This document shows, one piece after another, positions 33,738 to 40,876 of a stretch of 42,869 bases of DNA; positions within the stretch are counted from its first letter, which is position 1; every line of letters starts with the position of its first letter. Made by a program: the position numbers and the translations under genes. Origin of the DNA: a virus; the IMG/VR virus record IMGVR_UViG_3300045988_027679, positions 1 to 42,869 of that record; one strand, given 5' to 3'. Below the pieces are notes generated by a model. The model searched no databases and was not told where the DNA came from. It saw only the letters and a program-made list of their open reading frames with translations.

Positions 33738-34202
33738 TTAATGTCTGTCTTTTTTCCATTGTCTATCCAACTTGGTTTTCATTCTGTTCATCTTGTGTTC
33801 CAGCTTGCCAATCTGCTTATAAGATAACCACTCCGGCTTGATGTTCAGCGACATCCAGTACTGGCGCATTTCCTTGCAGTGTCGGGCGATGCTTTGGAAA
33901 TAGAGGTGTCGCTCGTATGGGTTGCGAAGGAAGTACTCGCAATCGGATAGCATACGATTAAGCATCATGTATTTATGCTTTTGCCCTTCTCCGAGACTTA
34001 CAAGCCTTCCGTTGTCCCCGATCCACAGCATTGCGCCCTCTCCCTTCCATTCAAAGTTGAAAGCCTTGCTTACTGGATAATAATAGCCATTGAGCACCGT
34101 GCCTTCCTTGAGGTCTCGCCCAATCTCTCGCAGGCAGGTTCTTCCCCAGCTGGTCGTTACCTCGACCACTGCTTGTGCTGGTATCTTGTCGTATTCCTTC
34201 AT
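33738..34202 (-). CDS. Hypothetical protein
   Basis: 154-aa ORF. The segment YMMLNRMLSDCEYFLRNPYERHLYF resembles small domains seen in polyvalent/anti-restriction-associated proteins, a low-confidence recollection. Confidence 0.65.
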   Translation of the reverse strand: MKEYDKIPAQAVVEVTTSWGRTCLREIGRDLKEGTVLNGYYYPVSKAFNFEWKGEGAMLWIGDNGRLVSLGEGQKHKYMMLNRMLSDCEYFLRNPYERHLYFQSIARHCKEMRQYWMSLNIKPEWLSYKQIGKLEHKMNRMKTKLDRQWKKDRH

Positions 34203-34238
34203 ATCTTGATATATTGTGCAGGGCTTGCGCCCTGCTGG

Positions 34239-34469
34239 TTAATACTTTTCAATCCAATACTCTGTTGCCATCTTGCCAGCCATGGTAAACTCCTCAATCT
34301 TGAAGTATCCCATTCTTCTGTCTGTGATGTTCTCGCTTCCCTTTTCGAGTCTGTTGAAGAATCGCTCTGTATAAGCTTTTCTTGTAGAGCTGAAAACTTC
34401 TCTAATCTCTTCTTTCTCGGTGTCTCTCCAAGTTGTCTGTTCCTTAATGTAATACTTTGCTCTTGCCAT
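34239..34469 (-). CDS. Hypothetical small protein
   Basis: 76-aa ORF preceded by AGGAGG at a 7-nt spacing. Confidence 0.6.
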   Translation of the reverse strand: MARAKYYIKEQTTWRDTEKEEIREVFSSTRKAYTERFFNRLEKGSENITDRRMGYFKIEEFTMAGKMATEYWIEKY

Positions 34470-34480
34470 TGTCTTGCCTC

Positions 34481-34615
34481 CTATCTTTGAATTATAAATT
34501 GAATACCTGCCCAGTCTGAAATGTTGTTGCTCTGCTGCAATCTCTTATTCTCCATATCGATCAATATTGCTTCTGTCTCGGATATCTGTTTTCCGTTTAC
34601 AAAATACTTCTTCAT
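34481..34615 (-). CDS. Small hypothetical protein (44 aa), not in the ORF track
   Basis: My own translation gives MKKYFVNGKQISETEAILIDMENKRLQQSNNISDWAGIQFIIQR. It fills the gap between neighbouring genes. Confidence 0.4.
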   Translation of the reverse strand: MKKYFVNGKQISETEAILIDMENKRLQQSNNISDWAGIQFIIQR

Positions 34616-34633
34616 AGCTTTACCCTCCCTTGA

Positions 34634-34882
34634 TTACTTAGCATACAATGTTACAACCAATCCTCTTCTGAGTGCGCAGCGGCAAGCGTCCAGACCAGCT
34701 TTCAAAGCTCGCTTGATGAACTTGTTGAAAAGTTCCGCTCCGATGAGCTTCAAAATTCCGCTTACTCCTACGAGTGTGTTTATCTTCTTGCCATCCTCTG
34801 TGCGTCCGAATACCTTGATGCGGAAGTTTGAGTTGATGAACTTTGTTGTGAACTCTAAAACGTTTGAATTTGACTTTTTCAT
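34634..34882 (-). CDS. Hypothetical small protein, first gene of the accessory operon
   Basis: 82-aa basic ORF. Confidence 0.6.
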   Translation of the reverse strand: MKKSNSNVLEFTTKFINSNFRIKVFGRTEDGKKINTLVGVSGILKLIGAELFNKFIKRALKAGLDACRCALRRGLVVTLYAK

Positions 34883-34956
34883 TTTTCTTTGGCTTAACCG
34901 TGCTGCCTAGGGCTTAGTTACTGAATGTTTCAAGTGCTTATCTTCTAAACACGATG

Positions 34957-34988
34957 CAAAGATATTAATATTTTTCGGTTCCACCAAA
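34957..34988 (-). promoter_or_regulatory. Consensus Bacteroides-type promoter of the accessory operon
   Basis: On the minus strand, -33 TTTG lies at 34988-34985 and -7 TAtcTTTG at 34964-34957, with 20 nt between them and about 70 nt of leader to the ATG at 34882. Confidence 0.6.
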
Positions 34989-35048
34989 ACTTTTCCCGAA
35001 AGATATTAATATTTTAACTTTTATTTGCTGTTTATGTCGTAAGCACGT

Positions 35049-35193
35049 CTGTTTTCGGTACATTTTCGGTCGTTTTCGGTCGTTTTCGGTACGTTTTCGG
35101 TCGTTTTCGGTACGTTTTCGGTCGTTTTCGGTACGTTTTCGGTACGTTTTCGGTCGTTTTCGGTACGTTTTCGGTCGTTTTCGGTACGTTTTC
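35049..35193. repeat. Array of 13 perfect TTTTCGGT iterons (plus one partial) with alternating 10/11-nt spacing
   Basis: Copies start at 35052, 35063, 35073, 35083, 35094, 35104, 35115, 35125, 35136, 35147, 35157, 35168 and 35178. Twelve intervals sum to 126 nt, a mean of 10.5 nt. Confidence 0.95.
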
Positions 35194-35295
35194 TACGCTC
35201 TATATGATAATAACCTGCACGCATTAGTTTGAATGAATATATAATCTAACTCTCATATCCCATACCCCTTTTCTCTCAATGAAAAGTGTTCTTCC

Positions 35296-35339
35296 ACAAA
35301 AAATAGGGCAGGAAAACGCTCTCCTGCGCTCCCTGCCCT
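35296..35339 (-). terminator. Intrinsic terminator after the lysis cassette
   Basis: The minus-sense sequence AGGGCAGG-(19 nt)-CCUGCCCU is followed by AUUUUUUGUGG, 28 nt after the spanin stop. Confidence 0.6.
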
Positions 35340-35366
35340 TTCTAACAAATGATATTATGATTGAAC

Positions 35367-35888
35367 CTATTGAACTCTCTTCTTGATGCGCTCCTTTATC
35401 CAGTTAACCGCAAGAAGGAACAGAAACAGAATCACGCAATCGCCAATGAATAATCTTATCTTGTGCCATGTGCTCGCTGGCTTCTCTACCTCCTTGGTCT
35501 TGTATCGGTTCACGTAACACTTTACCTTTACGGTGTCGGTCACGAATTTGTAAATGTCGCCCACGATGGTGTCCGTCTTGGTCGATGTCTTCCATCTGGT
35601 GGTCGTAAGATTATGCCACCGCTCCTTGATTACGGTGTCGCCCTTGATATAGACAAGCACGCTGTCCTGCCTGAATACGCTGTCGTGCTGCTGGGTGTCC
35701 TGCCAGTGGATCTGTCGCTGGTTCACGCTGTCACGTCTTGCACTGGTGTGTGCGCTGTCGTGATAAACCGTGTTATTTTGCGCTGTTTTGGCGCAGGAAC
35801 AGCCCAAAAACAAAAGTGGGGTAATTATAAGCATGGCGAAAAATAACGCCACAGAACGCAAATTTCGCCCTTTTCTTGAATTTTCCAT
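35367..35888 (-). CDS. Unimolecular spanin (u-spanin) candidate
   Basis: It has an N-terminal lipoprotein signal with a lipobox (LLFLGC at about residue 30) and a single C-terminal transmembrane helix (LFIGDCVILFLFLLAVNWI) with a basic tail. It is the last gene of the lysis cassette. Confidence 0.5.
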   Translation of the reverse strand: MENSRKGRNLRSVALFFAMLIITPLLFLGCSCAKTAQNNTVYHDSAHTSARRDSVNQRQIHWQDTQQHDSVFRQDSVLVYIKGDTVIKERWHNLTTTRWKTSTKTDTIVGDIYKFVTDTVKVKCYVNRYKTKEVEKPASTWHKIRLFIGDCVILFLFLLAVNWIKERIKKRVQ

Positions 35889-35917
35889 ACTTTATAAACG
35901 CTAGATTGATATGTTTA

Positions 35918-36454
35918 TTATGCAAGCACCTTGATTTCCAAGGCTTCCTTGGCTCGCTTCAAATACTTCTCGCAGGCTGTCAGTCCATTGTACCCTCCGT
36001 TTATCTTCCTACGGATAGCCTTCAAGTTGTCTTGGTCTGCCAGCTCATTGCAGCCGAAAGTGTCGAATACCCACATTGAGGATTTCGTTGCACCCAGAGG
36101 ACGCTCCAGCAGTTCGGGTGTCCCAACAACATCGAAGCCGCAATAATTGGCATACTTTCTGTAGTTGGCTCTTCCAGTTATATGCATAAGACCTCTGCCC
36201 TTATACTTCACGCCATCGCCCTGCTGGGTGTTGCCAAGGTCTTTCCTGCCCTCGTAGGCTCTGCCGCTTGCCAGTTCCCTGGTGTATCTCAACTCTCCGC
36301 TTTCGTGGGCAATCTGTGCGAGGTAGTGCGCCATCCTTAGTGCGGTGTTGATGTGGAAATGCTCTGCCCATCCGTTGATGATTGGAAGATAGGTGTCTGC
36401 CCTGCTGCCTGCATTCGGCATTACCTTTAAAAGTTGCGCTCTAGTTATTCTCAT
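35918..36454 (-). CDS. Endolysin, glycoside hydrolase family 19 (chitinase-like lysozyme)
   Basis: AHYLAQIAHESGELRYTRE...YEGRKDLGNTQQGDGVKYKGRGLMHITGRANY is the GH19/phage lysozyme signature. Confidence 0.85.
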   Translation of the reverse strand: MRITRAQLLKVMPNAGSRADTYLPIINGWAEHFHINTALRMAHYLAQIAHESGELRYTRELASGRAYEGRKDLGNTQQGDGVKYKGRGLMHITGRANYRKYANYCGFDVVGTPELLERPLGATKSSMWVFDTFGCNELADQDNLKAIRRKINGGYNGLTACEKYLKRAKEALEIKVLA

Positions 36455-36896
36455 TATCTCCTCCTTTCTTCCGCTCTTCTTTCATTATCTCGACAAACGC
36501 CTTCGCAATTTCGTCCTTGTTCTCAAGTATTACCTGCATTGTGCGGTCTTGCTTGCGTATCTCAGCCTTCTCGTATGCCTTCTCCCGGATGCTCTTAAAC
36601 TCGCACAAAAGCAGATACACCGTCCATGCTATAGCGAACATAGGGAAGGGAGAGATAATACACGTAGCCACGTCCATAAGCGAAGCAATACCGAATGTCG
36701 GGAAATACTTCTTCGCCTTGTCGCATGTCTTCTTCAACCCGGTTGAAGTTCTTGCAACATGCAGTTCCTTCGCCTTCTGTATGCCTGCTATCAGGTCAAT
36801 TGTCATCGCTATCAGAATTGTAGCGAAACAGATAAAAATTACTAGGGCGCACAGATATAGGTGGTGCACCTGAAAATCGTGAAATACTTCGCTCAT
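36441..36896 (-). CDS. Holin
   Basis: It has three hydrophobic segments (LYLCALVIFICFATILIAMTIDLIAG, FPTFGIASLMDVATCII, FPMFAIAWTVYLLLC) and a charged C-tail. It overlaps the endolysin start by 14 nt. Confidence 0.7.
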   Translation of the reverse strand: MSEVFHDFQVHHLYLCALVIFICFATILIAMTIDLIAGIQKAKELHVARTSTGLKKTCDKAKKYFPTFGIASLMDVATCIISPFPMFAIAWTVYLLLCEFKSIREKAYEKAEIRKQDRTMQVILENKDEIAKAFVEIMKEERKKGGDNENN

Positions 36897-36916
36897 ATCA
36901 ATTTATTTTTTTTGGT

Positions 36917-37408
36917 TTATTCCAATTTTTCCCAGTCAATGGTCACACCCTTTCCGATGATGTCTGCCGTCCACCTGCAGAATGCCATACCCTCGTATCC
37001 GTCTGGATCGCTGGCTACGGCAATAGCATACTGTACGCAGTCGCTCTCGGTCTTGATTACCTTCGGGTAGAAGTCCGCATAAGCCATATTTGCCAAATAG
37101 AGAATATCCCCGATGGTCGTGCCCTTGGAGATTATCTCGTTGTTTGTTGCCAGGCGGATTTCGTCAACCGTCCATCGGTGGCTCGTTCCGTCCACGTTCT
37201 TCATCTGCTCGCTCGCCTTGATGGCTAGCTGCTTCGTGAAGTGGTAGCCGTGCTTGGCAACGTAGGCTGCATATCCGCTGGCTCCCATCAGTGCCTTTGC
37301 TGCCTTCTCGTATGGCAAGCCGTGGATGATGCCGCTCTCGCTCTCTTGGTGCTGGTGTTGCTCTTCCTCGCTATCGCAGGAATGGCGCAAAACGATGATT
37401 TTCTTCAT
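36917..37408 (-). CDS. Hypothetical protein upstream of the holin
   Basis: 163-aa ORF. Confidence 0.7.
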   Translation of the reverse strand: MKKIIVLRHSCDSEEEQHQHQESESGIIHGLPYEKAAKALMGASGYAAYVAKHGYHFTKQLAIKASEQMKNVDGTSHRWTVDEIRLATNNEIISKGTTIGDILYLANMAYADFYPKVIKTESDCVQYAIAVASDPDGYEGMAFCRWTADIIGKGVTIDWEKLE

Positions 37409-37419
37409 TGTGCGCCCTC

Positions 37420-37890
37420 CTATCCTAGTTTGTCGAGTAATTGCTTAACCATACCACGAATGCCGCTTATATCGCCCTCAAGTGCCTTGAAACGCTTTTC
37501 GGTTTCCTGCTTCTCCTTGATGGCAGGGTTCAAAGCTGCAAGCAGTTCCTCGCCCTTGGCTTTCCGCTCCTTGCTTGGCTCGTATGCCTTGATTACCTCA
37601 TCGGCTTCATTTACCAATTTCCCGACTTCGGGCAAAAGGTCTGCCTTGTCGGTTGCCAGTACGATGTCGCCTGCAAAAGTGACTCCGAGGTGTTCGGGGA
37701 TGGTGTAGATGGTCTGCTTTCCCTCCACCTCGATCGTTACGTCTCGCATTGGCTGTCCGCTGCTGGAAATGGTTGCGATGCCAGTGTTGATGTGCGGCTG
37801 GTTGTCCACGACCTTTCCTTCCTTAACTTCCACCGTCTGCTTGTCCAGCAGATAGACCGGGTGATTTCTTTGTATATTCTTAAACTCCAT
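37420..37890 (-). CDS. Hypothetical protein
   Basis: 156-aa ORF with a C-terminal coiled-coil-like segment. Confidence 0.7.
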   Translation of the reverse strand: MEFKNIQRNHPVYLLDKQTVEVKEGKVVDNQPHINTGIATISSSGQPMRDVTIEVEGKQTIYTIPEHLGVTFAGDIVLATDKADLLPEVGKLVNEADEVIKAYEPSKERKAKGEELLAALNPAIKEKQETEKRFKALEGDISGIRGMVKQLLDKLG

Positions 37891-37920
37891 AATGCGCTCT
37901 TTTTAAATAATTCGATAAAT

Positions 37921-37963
37921 AGACAAAAAGGGGTCTCACTGATAACACAGCGAGTTGCCCCTT
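37921..37963 (-). terminator. Intrinsic terminator after the 276-aa gene
   Basis: The minus-sense sequence AAGGGG-CAA-CUCGCUG-UGUUAU-CAGUGAG-A-CCCCUU is followed by UUUGUCUAUUUAU. Confidence 0.55.
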
Positions 37964-37984
37964 GATAGATTTTGCTTAGACCTC

Positions 37985-38815
37985 CTACGCTCCAGTGGTG
38001 GTTGTGGTAGTCTTCAGCTGCTGGATAATGAAACCAGTCTGCTCTCTGCGCTTGCTGTCCTCCAGCTGGATGCGAAGGTCTTGCTCCCAGTGGTTGTTCA
38101 GAACATCAACGATGCGCTGAGTATTCTCCTTGCCCGAGGTCTTCAAGTCGCAAACGACCGACTGGATAAGGTTTCCAATGTTACTGAAACCTCGCTCCAG
38201 CCCAGTATTGGTGTAGCAGAACCCCTGCTGCATTGCGTTGATGATGTCCTTCTGTCCCAACTGGTTCTCGTAGCCCATACGGGTGATGTTCTGCTGGGTG
38301 GTGCAGCAACAGTCCTTCAACTGCTGGATGATGTTGAGGTTCCCGAGGTTCGCTGCGTTGATTACTCGCTCTGCAGAATAACCAACCTTGCCGCCTACAT
38401 CTTGGATTGCTGCCTGAATGCCGCAAACAGAAGACTGCAAGGCGTTGAAGTCGCAGTTCAAGTTAGCTGCAAGCGTCTTCAAGTCTTGGTTGTTGCCCTG
38501 GATTGCGCCCATCAACAAGTCGCTGTTGTGGTTGTCGCTCATCTGATTGCGAAGGCTGTCAATCTGAGACTGGATTTCGGCACGCTGAACGTTTCCGTTC
38601 TGTCCGTTGTTCCAGCCATCGCCATACATAAAGCGGAACATTCCCAACATCATCATATAGGCGAACGGGTTGTTCCAACCTCCACCCATACCACCGTTCA
38701 TTGCTGCCAGCATAGTCGCTGGATCATTGTCTCTACCTCTAGCGAGCAAAGCTGCTGCCAGGTTGTCATTGCCACCGTCCCCAGTGCAATAAACTTTCTC
38801 GATTGTGTCTGCCAT
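37985..38815 (-). CDS. Gly/Asn/Met-rich, Cys-containing protein of unknown function (276 aa)
   Basis: I placed the start at ATG 38815 (MADTIEKVY), because the track start 38866 is a TTG. The N-terminus is MNGGMGGGWNNPFAYMMMLGMFRFMYGDGWNNGQNGN, followed by a Q/N-rich helical region with 9 Cys including CCC. Confidence 0.75.
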   Translation of the reverse strand: MADTIEKVYCTGDGGNDNLAAALLARGRDNDPATMLAAMNGGMGGGWNNPFAYMMMLGMFRFMYGDGWNNGQNGNVQRAEIQSQIDSLRNQMSDNHNSDLLMGAIQGNNQDLKTLAANLNCDFNALQSSVCGIQAAIQDVGGKVGYSAERVINAANLGNLNIIQQLKDCCCTTQQNITRMGYENQLGQKDIINAMQQGFCYTNTGLERGFSNIGNLIQSVVCDLKTSGKENTQRIVDVLNNHWEQDLRIQLEDSKRREQTGFIIQQLKTTTTTTGA

Positions 38816-38863
38816 AAATTTTGAGTTAATTACGTTATGGAAACCAAATACTGGAATCCGCCG

Positions 38864-38895
38864 CAAATTTACTCTGATTTTTGGCTCACTACAAA
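38864..38895 (-). promoter_or_regulatory. Consensus Bacteroides-type promoter of the 276-aa gene
   Basis: On the minus strand, -33 TTTG lies at 38895-38892 and -7 TAaaTTTG at 38871-38864, with 20 nt between them. Confidence 0.6.
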
Positions 38896-38974
38896 AAGTT
38901 AGTGCAGGTGTATTTATCGAATTATTGTCAAAGAACGCTTTTTGTTATTTTCTTTTTTGTTTCCTTCTGAATGA

Positions 38975-39313
38975 TTAAACACAAATCGGCTCTACGTCCT
39001 TGTTTAGCAAGGTCGCTTGTGCCGTGGCAAGTCGATAAACTCGAGACGTGCTGATATAGGTGTAAGCCATCTTGCAAAGATGTCTCACAGCTGGAACGGT
39101 TCGGTTTAATACGGTCGCAGTGGTCGTTACGCTGAATCCTGCGTGTATCATCTGCTCAACGACCATACATCGTGTCATTACGAGGTTCTCTGCTCTCGAC
39201 TTGCCGAGAACGTCTTCTCTCGTAATACTTAATTCTCCGTTCGGCAGCTCAATAGCGCAACATTTGATTACGTTGTCTATAACTCGCCATAGTTCTTTCT
39301 CCTTGTCATTCAT
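38975..39313 (-). CDS. Small DnaA-domain-IV-like HTH protein
   Basis: ITREDVLGKSRAENLVMTRCMVVEQMIHAGFSVTTTATVLNRTVPAVRHLCKM parallels the DnaA C-terminal DNA-binding domain pattern (S+...v.aR.iamyL....g.S...IG..f.rdHstV.ha..k). Confidence 0.55.
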   Translation of the reverse strand: MNDKEKELWRVIDNVIKCCAIELPNGELSITREDVLGKSRAENLVMTRCMVVEQMIHAGFSVTTTATVLNRTVPAVRHLCKMAYTYISTSRVYRLATAQATLLNKDVEPICV

Positions 39314-39324
39314 AATAAAATGTT

Positions 39325-39627
39325 TTAATCGTTTCCCAACATCGAATCAATCATTCCTTCGATGGCTTCATCGGTCATTCTCTCTTTGATGGAGGCATCA
39401 CCGCCAATCGATTTCATCAACATACCTATCCAAGGATTGTCACTTTCCATGGTGGAATGTATCTGTTCCTTGTATGCTTCGTGAAGCTCGCCCGATTCCT
39501 TGAAATGCAAAAGAACAGTGCGCAAGGCTTTCACCACGTAGTTATCCATCAGCAAGGGATTGTCTCTTGCCGATGAAAGTTTGGTAAGAAGCACTGCCAG
39601 TGCTTCATGTAATGGTTTCTTTTTCAT
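39325..39627 (-). CDS. Hypothetical protein
   Basis: 100-aa helical ORF. Confidence 0.65.
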   Translation of the reverse strand: MKKKPLHEALAVLLTKLSSARDNPLLMDNYVVKALRTVLLHFKESGELHEAYKEQIHSTMESDNPWIGMLMKSIGGDASIKERMTDEAIEGMIDSMLGND

Positions 39628-39700
39628 ATTGTCTTATTTTTAATTTACAAAATCAACGACTTAAAGTTCATGTTTTTTCTCTTTATCATTCATAGTTTTA

Positions 39701-40852
39701 TTAGTTTATTGTAAATATTGTCATTGTAGCAACATTATTAAGATAAGAAGATATATAAAGATTATTATCTCCTTTAAACTTATATATTTGCTTAGGAATA
39801 GGATAAACATAATTATCAACTACTGCACCATATTTTTCAGGAGGATAAATATTTTTTTGTAAATAAGCATTCCAATGAGTATAAAGTTTATCATCCTTTT
39901 TAGCATAAAATATACCAGTAACAGTATCGAATACTATACTATTAGGATAATTTATAACATCATTGTAATTTATAGAGCCTGCTGCTCTAGTTATTTCACC
40001 TTCAACATATATAGCAGCATTTGAAAGCAGATTCAATACATCAATACGACCCCCATTAGTACTCCATACTTCATTTTTATTTGGATTAATTATTGAGTTA
40101 AACTTTTCAGCATTAACAGAAGATTCTTTTCCATCTATAATAGTAGATATTTTACCTTTACCATCTTCTGTGTATCTAAGTCTAATTCTACCTCCAGAAC
40201 CTTCTATATCAGAATCTCCTGAAATATTTAATATAGTATCACCATCATCAACATTATGTTCTGAATAAATATTTCCATTTTGAGAAGATACATATCCGCT
40301 TAAATTATCAATTTTACTTTCATCTATTTTACCATCAGCATTTAATGTAGGTATTCCGTTTGCTTTATTTAATGGAATAGAACTAGCATCAGTAGTCCAA
40401 ACTTCAGGAATAGAAAATTTATCTTGGTCTGTATGTGCTATACCTGCAACATTTACAATAGAAAGACCTTCATTAATAGAACCTTCAATACAAGATATAT
40501 ATAAAGTACCTGTCATTATTCCACCTGAAAGAGGCAGATATGTACTAGGTATATCATCAAGTTTAGTTTTATCTGAAATAGACATAAAACCTGCATTACC
40601 AGGAAAAGTAAAAGTACCTACTTTATAAGGTCCACTAGCTTCAGGAACGTTGACATATTTATGAGTTCCATCAGCAAGTTCAATTCTAATAGAAGTGTTA
40701 GAAGGAGTATCATCGTCATCATTAACAAAATTTGGATTATATACTTCTATATCCTTTACAGTTTCAGTCTTTTTGGAATAAGGAGTTAAATTAAACTTAT
40801 CACTAAGAGCTTGATGATAATATTTCAAACCATCTAAATCTAAAAATTTCAT
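39701..40852 (-). CDS. Tail fibre / receptor-binding protein encoded in a strongly AT-rich segment
   Basis: 383 aa. The motif GNAGFMSISDKTKLDDI matches the widespread fibre motif G.MS..DK.KLD.I. The protein is beta-rich, and its codon usage differs markedly from the rest of the genome. Confidence 0.75.
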   Translation of the reverse strand: MKFLDLDGLKYYHQALSDKFNLTPYSKKTETVKDIEVYNPNFVNDDDDTPSNTSIRIELADGTHKYVNVPEASGPYKVGTFTFPGNAGFMSISDKTKLDDIPSTYLPLSGGIMTGTLYISCIEGSINEGLSIVNVAGIAHTDQDKFSIPEVWTTDASSIPLNKANGIPTLNADGKIDESKIDNLSGYVSSQNGNIYSEHNVDDGDTILNISGDSDIEGSGGRIRLRYTEDGKGKISTIIDGKESSVNAEKFNSIINPNKNEVWSTNGGRIDVLNLLSNAAIYVEGEITRAAGSINYNDVINYPNSIVFDTVTGIFYAKKDDKLYTHWNAYLQKNIYPPEKYGAVVDNYVYPIPKQIYKFKGDNNLYISSYLNNVATMTIFTIN

Positions 40853-40876
40853 ATTAATTAATTTTTAAAATTATTA

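Noticed and set aside
35049-35193. Possible CRISPR array
   Set aside because: The units are 10-11 nt and directly abutting, with no unique spacers. There are no cas genes in the window.
35021-35224. 67-aa minus-strand ORF (RKRTENDRKRTEN...VPKTTEN) spanning the iteron array
   Set aside because: The reading frame stays open only because the 10+11-nt units sum to 21 nt. There is no promoter or start context, and the sequence lies between a terminator and a promoter. It is treated as a by-product of the DNA repeat, although a repeat peptide cannot be strictly excluded.
38816-38866. TTG-initiated 17-aa N-terminal extension of the 276-aa gene; likewise the 41381..41494 extension of the fibre-associated gene
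   Set aside because: The extension would begin inside or upstream of the predicted promoter -7 box (or overlap the upstream gene). In-frame ATGs at 38815 and 41380 give compact spacing.
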